Shown here piece by piece: positions 12,566 to 25,027 of a DNA stretch of 64,000 nt. Both the position numbers and the translations under genes were made by a program. Source of the DNA: Macrostomum hystrix (lineage: Eukaryota > Animalia > Platyhelminthes); contig CATNEN010000009.1 of the NCBI GenBank assembly GCA_950097015.1, positions 248,001 through 312,000 of the forward strand. The letters run 5' to 3'. The notes beneath the pieces are model-generated. The model saw only the letters and a list, made by a program, of their open reading frames with translations, searched no databases and was not told where the DNA came from. Within the stretch, counting starts at the first letter, position 1, and every line of letters begins with the position of its first letter.

Positions 12566-12640
12566 CGGTAACCGGTCGCTTCGGGCCCACAACCATTTGG
12601 GCCCAAAACCATTTCGGCCTTAAGCCGTTTCGGCCAAAAA
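12566..12640 (+). repeat. Cluster of TTTCGGCC-type subterminal-like repeats (possible DNA transposon/MITE end)
   Basis: ggtaaccggtcgcttcgggccc...aaaaccatttcggcc...gtttcggcc; inverted copies at 25060-25098. Confidence 0.35.
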
Positions 12641-13100
12641 AAACTTTTATGTTATCAGATTTAAATATTTTTTTGTTTGTGATTTGTCCAAACTCGATCA
12701 CAAGCCCTTGTGTATAATTTTTCTCTCTTGGTCCACTATTAACTGCCAGTTTTCCCCATAGAATTGTAAGGGAGCCTTGAGGCCAGCCTGGGTGATCGAA
12801 GCACGTGACTCGATGAGTCAGCACCTTGATCCCTCAGACCCATCAAAACGACCACCCCACCTCCGCTTCTAAGGTTCTGGTTCACTCAAGTGCGACGAGC
12901 GCATAACCTTCAAATGTCCTCTTAATTTACGTGAATCCCTTATAGTTATTTTTCCGAATGTAATGTGTCATTTTATTCTTCCTAATGTAAGCTTTAGGAC
13001 AACTACTAGCAAGTTTTGCCCCCCTTCGGGGAGCAGAAATATTTTTAATTCGTCTATTATATACTTTTTAGCAGCTGAATTTACAGCTTTTTAATTCTAC

Positions 13101-14630
13101 ATTGAACCCGCAGTCGACAATGATCCCCAGTTGACAATGATCCCACAGTCGACAATGATCCCCCAGTTGACAATGATCCCCCAGTTGACAATGATCCCCC
13201 AGTTGACAATGATCCCCCAGTTGACAATGATCCCCCAGTTGACAATGATCCCCCAGTTGACAATGATCCCCCAGTTGACAATGATCCCCCAGTTAACAAA
13301 GATCCCCCAGTTCACAATGATCCCCCAGTTGATGATGACTCCCCATTGATGATGATCCCCAGTTAACAATGTTCCTCCAGTTAACAATGTTCCCCCAGTT
13401 GACAATGATCCCCCAGTTGATGATGATCACCCAGTTGACAATGATCCCCCAGTTGACAATGATCCCCCAGTTGACAATGATTCCCCAGTTGACAATGATC
13501 CCGCCCGTTGACAATGATCCCACAGTTGACAATGAACCCCCAGTTGACAATGATCCGCCAGTTGATGATGATCCCCCAGTTGATGATGATCCCCCAGTTG
13601 ACAATGAACCCCCAGTTGACAATGAACCCCCAGTTGACAATGATCCCCCAGTTGACAATGATCCCCCAGTTGACAATGAACCCCCAGTTGACAATGATCC
13701 CCCAGTTTACAATGATCCCCCAGTTGACAATGATCCCCCAGTTGACAATGATCCCACAGTTGACAATGATCCCCCAGTTGACAATGATCCCCCAGTTCAC
13801 AATGATCCCCCAGTTGATGATGATCCCCCAGTTGACAATGATCCCCCAGTTGACAATTATCCCCCAGTTTACCATGATCCCCCAGTTGACGATTATCCCC
13901 CAGTTGACCATTACCCCCTAGTTGACAATGATCCCCCAGTTGACAATGATCCCCCAGTTGACAATGATCACCCAGTTGACAATGATCCCCCAGTTGACAA
14001 TGATCCCCCAGTTGACAATGATTCCCCAGTTGACAATGATCCCGCCCGTTGACAATGATCCCACAGTTGACAATGAACCCCCAGTTGACAATGATCCGCC
14101 AGTTGATGATGATCCCCCAGTTGATGATGATCCCCCAGTTGACAATGAACCCCCAGTTGACAATGAACCCCCAGTTGACAATGATCCCCCAGTTGACAAT
14201 GATCCCCCAGTTGACAATGAACCCCCAGTTGACAATGATCCCCAGTTGACAATGATCCCCCAGTTGACAATGATCCCCCAGTTGACAATGATCCCACAGT
14301 TGACAATGATCCCCCAGTTGACAATGATCCCCCAGTTCACAATGATCCCCCAGTTGATGATGATCCCCCAGTTGACAATGATCCCCCAGTTGACAATTAT
14401 CCCCCAGTTTACCATGATCCCCCAGTTGACGATTATCCCCCAGTTGACCATTACCCCCTAGTTGACAATGATCCCCCAGTTGACAATGATCCCCCAGTTG
14501 ACAATGATCCCCCAGTTGACAATGATCCCCCAGTTGACAATTATCCCCCAGGTTACCATGATCCCCCAGTTGACGATTATCCCCCAGTTCACCATGATCC
14601 CCATTTTGATGATGACTCCCCAGTTGACGT
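13101..14630. repeat. 18-bp satellite (GTTGACAATGATCCCCCA)n with a 541-bp higher-order duplication
   Basis: Monomer read directly; the rare variant ccgcccgttg recurs at 13501 and 14042. Confidence 0.95.
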
Positions 14631-14644
14631 TGATTTTTCAAACA

Positions 14645-17600
14645 CTGGGTTAGCCAAGATTCAAACTCAGGTTTCGCCATGTTTTAAACCCTGGTGGGCT
14701 ATGATTCAAACTCTCGTTTTGCCATGATTCAGACTCTGGTTGGCTATGATTCAAACTCTGGTTTAGCCAAGATTCAAACTCTGGTTTAGCCATGTTTTAA
14801 ACCCTGGTGGGCTATGATTCAAACTCTCGTTTTGCCATGATTCAGACTCTGGTTGGCTATGATTCAAACTCTGGTTTAGCCATGATTTAAACTCTGGTTT
14901 AGCCATGTTTCAGACTCTGGTTTTGCCATGATTCAAGCTCTGGTTTAGCCATGTTTCAAACTCTGGTTTAGCCATGATTCAAACTCTGGTTTAGCCATGA
15001 TTCAGACTCTGGTTTAGCCATGATTCAGACTCTGGTTTAGCCATGATTTAAACTCTGGTTTAGCCATGATTCAAACTCTGGTTTTGCCATGATTCAAGCT
15101 CTGGTTTAGCCATGTTTCAAACTCTGGTTTAGCCATGATTCAAACTCTGGTTTAGCCATGATTCAGACTCTGGTTTAGCCATGATTCAGACTCTGGTTTA
15201 GCCATGATTCAAACTCTGGTTTAGCCATGATTCAGACTCTGGTTTAGCTATGATTCAAACTCTGGTTTAGCCAAGATTCAAACTCTGGTTTAGCCATGTT
15301 TTAAACCCTGGTGGGCTATGATTCAAACTCTCGTTTTGCCATGATTCAGACTCTGGTTGGCTATGATTCAAACTCTGGTTTAGCCATGATTTAAACTCTG
15401 GTTTAGCCATGATTCAGACTCTGGTTTTGCCATGATTCAAGCTCTGGTTTAGCCATGTTTCAAACTCTGGTTTAGCCATGATTCAAACTCTGGTTTAGCC
15501 ATGATTCAGACTCTGGTTTAGCCATGATTCAGACTCTGGTTTAGCCATGATTCAGACGCTGGTTTAGCCATGATTCAGACTCTGGTTTAGCCATGATTTA
15601 AACTCTGGTTTAGCCATGATTCAGACTCTGGTTTTGCCATGATTCAAGCTCTGGTTTAGCCATGTTTCAAACTCTGGTTTAGCCATGATTCAAACTCTGG
15701 TTTAGCCATGATTCAGACTCTGGTTTAGCCATGATTCAGACTCTGGTTTAGCCATGATTCAGACGCTGGTTTAGCCATGATTCAGACTCTGGTTTAGCCA
15801 TGATTCAAACTCTGGTTTAGCCAAGATTCAAACTCTGGTTTAGCCATGTTTTAAACCCTGGTGGGCTATGATTCAAACTCTCGTTTTGCCATGATTCAGA
15901 CTCTGGTTGGCTATGATTCAAACTCTGGTTTAGCCATGATTTAAACTCTGGTTTAGCCATGATTCAGACTCTGGTTTTGCCATGATTCAAGCTCTGGTTT
16001 AGCCATGTTTCAAACTCTGGTTTAGCCATGATTCAAACTCTGGTTTAGCCATGATTCAGACGCTGGTTTAGCCATGATTCAGACTCTGGTTTAGCCATGA
16101 TTTAAACTCTGGTTTAGCCATGATTCAGACTCTGGTTTTGCCATGATTCAAGCTCTGGTTTAGCCATGTTTCAAACTCTGGTTTAGCCATGATTCAAACT
16201 CTGGTTTAGCCATGATTCAGACTCTGGTTTAGCCATGATTCAGACTCTGGTTTAGCCATGATTCAGACTCTGGTTTAGCCATGATTTAAACTCTGGTTTA
16301 GCCATGATTCAGACTCTGGTTTTGCCATGATTCAAGCTCTGGTTTAGCCATGTTTCAAACTCTGGTTTAGCCATGATTCAAACTCTGGTTTAGCCATGAT
16401 TCAGACTCTGGTTTAGCCATGATTCAGACTCTGGTTTAGCCATGATTCAGACGCTGGTTTAGCCATGATTCAGACTCTGGTTTAGCCATGATTTAAACTC
16501 TGGTTTAGCCATGATTCAGACTCTGGTTTCGCCATGATTCAAGCTCTGGTTTAGCCATGTTTCAAACTCTGGTTTAGCCATGATTCAAACTCTGGTTTAG
16601 CCATGATTCAGACTCTGGTTTAGCCATGATTCAGACTCTGGTTTAGCCATGATTCAGACTCTGGTTTAGCCATGATTCAAACTCTGGTTTAGCCATGATT
16701 CAGACTCTGGTTTTGCCATGATTCAAGCTCTGGTTTAGCCATGTTTCAAACTCTGGTTTAGCCATGATTCAAACTCTGGTTTAGCCATGATTCAGACTCT
16801 GGTTTAGCCATGATTCAGACTCTGGTTTAGCCATGATTCAGACGCTGGTTTAGCCATGATTCAGACTCTGGTTTAGCCATGATTCAAACTCTGGTTTAGC
16901 CATGATTCAGACTCTGGTTTAGCCATGATTCAGACGCTGGTTTAGCCATGATTCAGACTCTGGTTTAGCCATGATTCAAACTCTGGTTTAGCCATGATTC
17001 AGACGCTGGTTTAGCCATGATTCAGACGCTGGTTTAGCCATGATTGAAACTCTGGTTTAGCCATGATTCAGACTCTGGTTTAGCCATGATTTAAACTCTG
17101 GTTTAGCCATGATTCAGACTCTGGTTTAGCCATGATTCAGACTCTGGTTTAGCCATGATTCAGACGCTGGTTTAGCCATGATTCAGACTCTGGTTTAGCC
17201 ATGATTTAAACTCTGGTTTAGCCATGATTCAGACTCTGGTTTTGCCATGATTCAAGCTCTGGTTTAGCCATGTTTCAAACTCTGGTTTAGCCATGATTCA
17301 AACTCTGGTTTAGCCATGATTCAGACTCTGGTTTAGCCATGATTCAGACTCTGGTTTAGCCATGATTCAGACTCTGGTTTAGCCATGATTCAGACTCTGG
17401 TTTAGCCATGATTTAAACTCTGGTTTAGCCATGATTCAGACTCTGGTTTTGCCATGATTCAAGCTCTGGTTTAGCCATGTTTCAAACTCTGGTTTAGCCA
17501 TGATTCAAACTCTGGTTTAGCCATGATTCAGACTCTGGTTTAGCCATGATTCAGACGCTGGTTTAGCCATGATTCAAGCTCTATTTTAGCCATGATTTAA

Positions 17601-17958
17601 ATTCTGGTTAAGCCATGATTCAGACTCTGGTTTAGCCATGATTCAAACTCTGGTTAAGCCATGATTCAAACTCTGGTTTAGCCATGATTCAAACTCTGGT
17701 TTAGCCATGATTCAGACGCTGGTTTAGCCATGATTCAGACTCTGGTTTAGCCATGATTCAGACTCTGGTTTAGCCATGATTCAAACTCTGGTTAAGCCAT
17801 GATTCAGACTCTCGTTTAGCCATGATTCAGACTCTGGTTTAGCCATGATTCAGACTCTGGTTTAGCCATGATTCAGACTCTGGTTTAGCCATGATTCAGA
17901 CTCCAGTTTAGCCATGATTCAAGCTCTATTTTAGCCATGATTCAAATTCAGGTTTGCT
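14645..17958. repeat. 23-bp satellite (CTCTGGTTTAGCCATGATTCAGA)n, ~145 copies, with variant-marked higher-order blocks
   Basis: Monomer read directly; the block ttttgccatgattcaagctct...atgtttcaa recurs, mostly every 7-15 monomers. Confidence 0.95.
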
Positions 17959-18047
17959 ATGATTTATGATATTTTATTTACGAAATGAAAAAAATAAAAT
18001 AATAGTCTTCAATCACTACTGGCTGAAAATTAGTCTAAATGATGATT

Positions 18048-18118
18048 TGACGCAGTGCAGAATCGAACCCTAGCCTAGCCTAACTTATTCCTAGTGCCTA
18101 CACATCGGCTATTCCGAC
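18048..18118 (-). other. Degenerate tRNA-like (SINE-head-like) segment inside Helitron A; second copy at 23298-23368
   Basis: Minus strand GTCGGAATAGCCGATGTGTAGGCACTAGG...GGGTTCGATTCTGCACTGCGTCA: A-box-like TAGCCGATGTG and B-box GGTTCGATTC, resembling the tRNA-Leu/Ser 5' end. Confidence 0.45.
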
Positions 18119-18652
18119 TGTTGGTCAGTGGGTGAAAAATCAGCCTTATAAAATGAATTCTCAAATTTCTGGCTTTGTACAATGAAGTAAGAAAATAGAG
18201 TACACTCAGTCTCGCGGTTTGTTGTGTACATTTATTTCAAATTTGTCTCCAGAGTGCAGGCTTCAAATTCAATCAGCTGGGGGTTGTTGCGCAATTTGAC
18301 GATGCAATTCTAATTCAGTGGCGGTGAGTAAAATTCTCAATAGGCCAAGATTGTTTGACCTTTAAAAAATCATGTTTTTCGAATATTTAATCCCCTTAGC
18401 AATAAAGTTTAGCTTAATAAAAATACGTGTATAATTGTCCCCATTTTTGGCATCTTTTGGTGAAGAAATGGTGAAAATCGGTTGAGCCGTTCAGGAGAAA
18501 ATCAATTACAACCAACCAACCAACCAAGCAAGCAAGCATTTCATTTTTAGTATAGTGGACTAGCAAGTTTTGCCCCCCTTCGGGGAGCAGAAATACTTTT
18601 AATTCGTCTAGTATATACTTTTTAGCAGCTGAATTTACAGCTTTTTAAAGCT

Positions 18653-20750
18653 ACAATGAACCCCCAGTTGACAATGATCCCACAGTTGACAATGATCCCC
18701 CATTTGACAATGATCCCCCAGTTGACAATGATCCCACAGTTAACAATGATCCCCCAGTTGACAAAGATCCCCCAGTTCACAATGATCACCCAGTTGATGA
18801 TGATCCCCCAGTTGATGATGATCCCCCAGTTGACAATGAACCCCCAGTTGACAATGAACCCCCAGTTGACAACGATCCCACAGTTGACAATGATCCCCCA
18901 TTTGACAATGATCCCCCAGTTGACAATGATCCCACAGTTGACAATGATCCCCCAGTTGACAAAGATCCCCCAGTTCACAATGATCACCCAGTTGATGATG
19001 ATCCCCCAGTTGATGATGATCCCCCAGTTGAAAATGATCCCCCAGTTGACAATGATCCCCCAGTTGACAATGATCCCCCAGTTGACAATGATCCCCCAGT
19101 TAACAAAGATCCCCCAGTTCACAATGATCCCCCAGTTGATGAAGTCTCCCCATTGATGATGATCCCCAGTTAACAATGTTCCTCCATTTGACAATGTTCC
19201 CCCAGTTGACAATGATCCCCCAGTTGATGATGATCACCCAGTTGACAATGATCCCCCAGTTGAAAATGATCCCCCAGTTGACAATGATCCCCCATTTGAC
19301 AATGATCCCCCAGTTGACAATGATCCCCCAGTTAACAAAGATCCCCCAGTTCACAATGATCCCCCAGTTGATGAAGTCTCCCCATTGATGATGATCCCCA
19401 GTTAACAATGTTCCTCCATTTGACAATGTTCCCCCAGTTAACAATGATCCCCCAGTTGATGATGATCACCCAGTTGACAATGATCCCCCAGTTGACAATG
19501 ATCCCCCAGTTGATGAAGTCTCCCCATTGATGATGATCCCCAGTTAACAATGTTCCTCCATTTGACAATGTTCCCCCAGTTGACAATGATCCCCCAGTTG
19601 ATGATGATCACCCAGTTGACAATGATCCCCCAGTTGAAAATGATCCCCCAGTTGACAATGATCCCCCATTTGACAATGATCCCCCAGTTGACAATGATCC
19701 CCCAGTTAACAAAGATCCCCCAGTTCACAATGATCCCCCAGTTGATGAAGTCTCCCCATTGATGATGATCCCCAGTTAACAATGTTCCTCCATTTGACAA
19801 TGTTCCCCCAGTTAACAATGATCCCCCAGTTGATGATGATCACCCAGTTGACAATGATCCCCCAGTTGACAATGATCCCCCAGTTGATGATGATCCCCCA
19901 GTTGATCCCCCAGTTGACAATGATCCCCCAGTTGAGAATGATCCCCCAGTTGACAATGATCCCCCAGTTAACAAAGATCCCCCAGTTCACAATGATCCCC
20001 CAGTTGATGAAGTCTCCCCATTGATGATGATCCCTAGTTAACAATGTTCCTCCAGTTGACAATGTTCCCCCAGTTGACAATGATCCCCCAGTTGATGATG
20101 ATCCCCCAGTTGACAATGATCCCCCAGTTAACAATGATCCCCCAGTTGATGATGATCACCCAGTTGACAATGATCCCCCAGTTGACAATGATCCCCCAGT
20201 TAATGATGATCCCCCAGTTGACAATGATCCCCCAGTTGACAATGATCCCCCAGTTGACAATGATCCCCCAGTTGACAACGATCCCCCAGTTGACAATGAT
20301 CCCCCAGTTGACAATGATCCCCCAGTTGACAATGATCCCACAGTATACAATGATCCCCCAGTTGACAAAGATCCCCCAGTTCTCAATGATCCCCCAGTTG
20401 ATGATGATCCCCAGTTGATGATGATTCCCCAGTTGACAATTATCCCCCAGTTGACCATTACCCCCCACTTGACAATGATCTCTCAGTTCACAATGATCCC
20501 CCAGTTGACAATGATCCCCCAGTTGACAATGAACCCCCAGTTGACAATGAACCCCCAGTTGACAAAGATCCCCCAGTTGACAATGATCCCCCATTTGACA
20601 ATGATCCCCCAGTTGACAATGATCCCCCAGTTGACAATGATCCCCCGGTTGACATTGATCCCCCAGTCGACAATTATCCCCCAGTTTACCATGATCCCCC
20701 AGTTCACCATGATCCCCATTTTGATGATGACTCCCCAGTTGACGTTGATT
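18653..20750. repeat. 18-bp satellite, second array, with ~232-bp higher-order units
   Basis: Same monomer as 13101-14630; marker gaagtctccccattgatg at ~19141, 19373, 19515, 19747, 20008. Confidence 0.95.
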
Positions 20751-20757
20751 TTTCAAA

Positions 20758-23213
20758 CAGGTTAGCCAAGATTCAAACTCAGGTTTCGCCATGTTTTAAA
20801 CCCTGGTGGGCTATGATTCAAACTCTCGTTTTGCCATGATTCAGACTCTGGTTGGCTATGATTCAAACTCTGGTTTAGCCATGATTCAGACGCTGGTTTA
20901 GCCATGATTCAGACGCTGGTTTAGCCATGATTGAAACTCTGGTTTAGCCATGATTCAAACTCTGGTTTAGCCATGATTCAGACGCTGGTTTAGCCATGAT
21001 TCAGACTCTATTTTAGCCATGATTCAGACTATGGTTTAGCCATGATTCAGACTCCAGTTTTGCCATGATTCAGACTCTGGTTTAGCCATGATTCAGACTC
21101 TGGTTTAGCCATGATTCAAACTCTCGTTTTGCCATGATTCAGACTCTGGTTGGCTATGATTCAAACTCTGGTTTAGCCATGATTCAGACTCTGGTTTAGC
21201 CATGATTCAGACGCTGGTTTAGCCATGATTGAAACTCTGGTTTAGCCATGATTCAAACTCTGGTTTAGCCATGATTCAGACGCTGGTTTAGCCATGATTC
21301 AGACTCTAGTTTAGCCATGATTCAGACTCTGGTTTAGCCATGATTCAGACTCTAGTTTAGCCATGATTCAAACTCTGGTTTAGCCATGATTCAGACTCTA
21401 GTTTAGCCATGATTCAGACTCTGGTTTAGCCATGATTCAGACTCTATTTTAGCCATGATTCAGACTATGGTTTAGCCATGATTCAGACGCTGGTTTAGCC
21501 ATGATTCAGACGCTGGTTTAGCCATGATTCAGACGCTGGTTTAGCCATGATTGAAACTCTGGTTTAGCCATGATTCAAACTCTGGTTTAGCCATGATTCA
21601 GACGCTGGTTTAGCCATGATTCAGACTCTAGTTTAGCCATGATTCAGACTCTGGTTTAGCCATGATTCAGACTCTGGTTTAGCCATGATTCAGACTCTAT
21701 TTTAGCCATGATTCAGACTATGGTTTAGCCATGATTCAGACTCCAGTTTAGCCATGATTCAGACTCTGGTTTAGCCATGATTCAGACTCTGTTTAAGCCA
21801 TGATTCAGACTCTGGTTTAGCCATGATTTAAATTCTGGTTAAGCCATGATTCAGACTCTGGTTTAGCCATGATTCAAACTCTGTTTAAGCCATGATTCAA
21901 ACTCTGGTTTAGCCATGATTCAAACTCTGGTTTAGCCATGATTCAGACTCTGGTTTAGCCATGATTCAGACTCTAGTTTAGCCATGATTCAGACTCTGGT
22001 TTAGCCATGATTCAGACTCTGGTTTAGCCATGATTCAGACTCTATTTTAGCCATGATTCAGACTCTGGTTTAGCCATGATTCAAACTCTGGTTAAGCCAT
22101 GATTCAAACTCTGGTTTAGCCATGATTCAGACTCTGGTTAAGCCATGATTCAGACTCTGGTTTAGCCATGAAGCCATGATTCAGACTATGGTTTAGCCAT
22201 GATTCAGACTCCAGTTTAGCCATGATTCAGACTCTGGTTTAGCCATGATTCAGACTCTGTTTAAGCCATGATTCAGACTCTGGTTTAGCCATGATTTAAA
22301 TTCTGGTTAAGCCATGATTCAGACTCTGGTTTAGCCATGATTCAAACTCTGGTTAAGCCATGATTCAAACTCTGGTTTAGCCATGATTCAAACTCTGGTT
22401 TAGCCATGATTCAGACTCTGGTTTAGCCATGATTCAGACTCTAGTTTAGCCATGATTCAGACTCTGGTTTAGCCATGATTCAGACTCTGGTTTAGCCATG
22501 ATTCAAACTCTGGTTTAGCCATGATTCAGACTCTGGTTTAGCCATGATTCAAACTCTGGTTAAGCCATGATTCAAACTCTGGTTTAGCCATGATTCAGAC
22601 TCTGGTTAAGCCATGATTCAGACTCTGGTTTAGCCATGATTTAAATTCTGGTTAAGCCATGATTCAGACTCTGGTTAAGCCATGATTCAAACTCTGGTTT
22701 AGCCATGATTCAAACTCTGGTTAAGCCATGATTCAAACTCTGGTTTAGCCATGATTCAAACTCTGGTTTAGCCATGATTCAGACGCTGGTTTAGCCATGA
22801 TTCAGACTCTGGTTTATCCATGATTCAGACTCTGGTTTAGCCATGATTCAGACTCTGGTTTAGCCATGATTCAAACTCTGGTTTAGCCATGATTCAGACT
22901 CTGGTTTAGCCATGATTCAGACTCTGGTTTAGCCATGATTCAGACTCCAGTTTAGCCATGATTCAAACTCTGGTTAAGCCATGATTCAGACTCTGGTTTA
23001 GCCATGATTCAGACTCTGGTTTAGCCATGATTCAGACTCTGGTTTAGCCATGATTCAGACGCTGGTTTAGCCATGATTCAGACTCTGGTTTAGCCATGAT
23101 TCAGACTCCAGTTTAGCCATGATTCAAGCTCTGGTTTAGCCATGATTCAGACGCTGGTTTAGCCATGATTCAAGCTCTATTTTTGCCATGATTCAAATTC
23201 AGGTTTGCTATGA
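20758..23213. repeat. 23-bp satellite, second array (~105 copies)
   Basis: Same monomer as 14645-17958 with a different variant spectrum (ctctagttt, ggttaagcc, ctccagttt). Confidence 0.95.
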
Positions 23214-23798
23214 TTTATGATATTTTATTTACGAAATGAAAAAAATAATATAAAATAGTCTTCAATCACTGCTGGCTGAAAATTAGTCTAAATGATTTGA
23301 TGCAGTGCAGAATCGAACCCTAGCCTAGCCTAACCTATTCCTAGTGCCTACACATCGGCTATTCCGACTGTTGGTTAGTGGGTGCAAAAATCAGCCTTAT
23401 AAAATGAATTCTCAAAGTTCTGGCTTTGTACAATGAAGTAAGAAAATAGAGTACACTCAGTCTTGCGGTTGGTTGTGTACATTTATTTCCAATTTGTCTC
23501 CAGAGTGCAGGCTTCAAATTCAATCAGCTAGGGGTTGTTGCGCAATTTGACGATGCAATTCTAATTCAGTGGCAGTGAGTAAAATTCTCAATAGGCCAAG
23601 ATGGTTTGACCTTTGAAAAATCATGTTTTTCGAATATTTAATCCCTTTAGCAATAAAGTTAAGCTTAATAAAAATACGTGTATAATTCTCCCCATATTTG
23701 GCATCTCTTGGTGAAGAAATGGTGAAAATCGGTTGAGCCGTTTGGAAGAAAATCAATTACAACCAACCAAGCAAGCATTTCATTTTTAGTATAGTAGA

Positions 23799-24135
23799 CT
23801 AGCTGCCTTCGCTACCCTCTGGGTAGCCTCCCTGTGAGTTCTTATCAGTACGCGCGTGCGTTATCAAAACTGGCTCTGATGCAATCATTAAAATTGGCAC
23901 TGAAGGCCTCACTGTGCACAAGCTGTAAACAAGAATGCATTAGAAAAGCCTATTTAAAACTGTTTTTCGAATATTTAATCCCCTTGCCAATGGAATTAAG
24001 CTTAATAAAATTACGTGTACCGATTCCGGCCCATTTGTGATCTTTTGGCGAAGGAATTGTGAAAATCGGTTGAGCCGTTCGGGAGCTAGTCGATTGCAAA
24101 CAAGCAAGCAAGATTTTCATTTTTAGTATATTAGA
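23799..24135 (-). mobile_element. Non-autonomous Helitron, short subfamily B, copy 1 (337 bp)
   Basis: 5' TCTAATATACTAAAAATGAAA; 3' GCTACCC-AGA-GGGTAGC hairpin, 8 nt, then CTAG; shares its 5' ~180 bp with subfamily A. Confidence 0.85.
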
Positions 24136-24463
24136 CTAGCTGCCTTCGCTACCCTCTGGGTAGCCTCACTGGAGTTCTTATCAGTTCGTTATCAAAACTG
24201 GCTCTGATGCAATCATTAAAATTGGCACTGGAGGCCTCACTGTGCACAAGCTGAAAACAAGAATGCATTAGAAAAGCCTATTTAAAACTGTTTTTCGAAT
24301 ATTTAATCCCCTTGGCAATGAAATTAAGCTTAATAAAAATACGTGTACCGATTCCGGCCCATTTGTGATCTTTTGGCGAAGGAATTGCGAAAATCGGTTG
24401 AGCCGTTCGAGAGCTAGTCGATTGCAAACAAACATACAAGATTTTCATTTTTAGTATATTAGA
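24136..24463 (-). mobile_element. Non-autonomous Helitron, short subfamily B, copy 2 (328 bp)
   Basis: Same termini as 23799-24135; 5' TC preceded by host A (24464 is T on +). Confidence 0.85.
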
Positions 24464-24513
24464 TTTTCATTGTTAATTTAGATAATTGATAAGTAAATTC
24501 ATAATTAATTAGC

Positions 24514-25027
24514 TGTTGCGCAACCGTTATGTAATGTCACCCGCCTCAACTGTACAACATCGAGACAATCAGACCGTGGCAGGACTCTGTAGTACACTGC
24601 GCAGGGTCAAGGCTTGGTCAACGGAGACTTTCCGTCATGGTTCAGAGGCGTGTTGCGTGAACTCGGCCCTATATAATCTCGCTGGTTTTTGTCCCAAAAA
24701 ACCAGATCTTGGACCTTCGTCCAAAGTTCGTGCCCTTGCGTGGCGTTGACGTGCCCCGTGCGTGCTCCAGTTTCGTCCTTCAGCTTCCCCCAACTAATCC
24801 CCAGGCTACTTTCCCCCATTTAACTATCTTATTCCCCATCCCCTAAAGTCATCCCCTAAGTCAAGTCATTCCCTGCCCAGGATATCTTAATCCCCCATCC
24901 CCGGAGTCGTCGCGGCATGCCCTTACTTCTGTCATTAAAAAGTTGTAAATTAATAACTTCAACTAGTTTAACAAAGTAACTGTTTGCATTGTAATCTACA
25001 GTGATGTATCTTTGTTATCAATAAACA
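24514..25027 (+). mobile_element. Possible solo LTR
   Basis: Starts TGTT and ends AACA, with TATATAA at 24670 and AATAAA at 25020. Flanks tagc/aagc are only an imperfect TSD. Confidence 0.2.

Larger units (their letters stand above)
13006..18559 (-). mobile_element. Non-autonomous Helitron, long subfamily A, copy 1 (5.55 kb), carrying 18-bp and 23-bp satellites
   Basis: Minus-strand 5' end TCCACTATACTAAAAATGAAA. 3' end TGCTCCCC-GAA-GGGGGGCA hairpin (8 bp, one G.T), 7-nt spacer, then CTAG followed by host T. No Rep/helicase ORF. Confidence 0.85.
18560..23798 (-). mobile_element. Non-autonomous Helitron, long subfamily A, copy 2 (5.24 kb)
   Basis: 5' TCTACTATACTAAAAATGAAA; same 3' hairpin-CTAG as copy 1; the ~600-bp unique segment (23205-23798) is closely similar to 17945-18559. 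Confidence 0.85.

Noticed and set aside
13081-20792. Long ORFs with LTMIPQ / VDNDPP / IVNWGI / HCQLGD repeats (up to 417 aa)
   Set aside because: Translations of an 18-bp satellite that lacks stops in most frames; no unique domains or splice context
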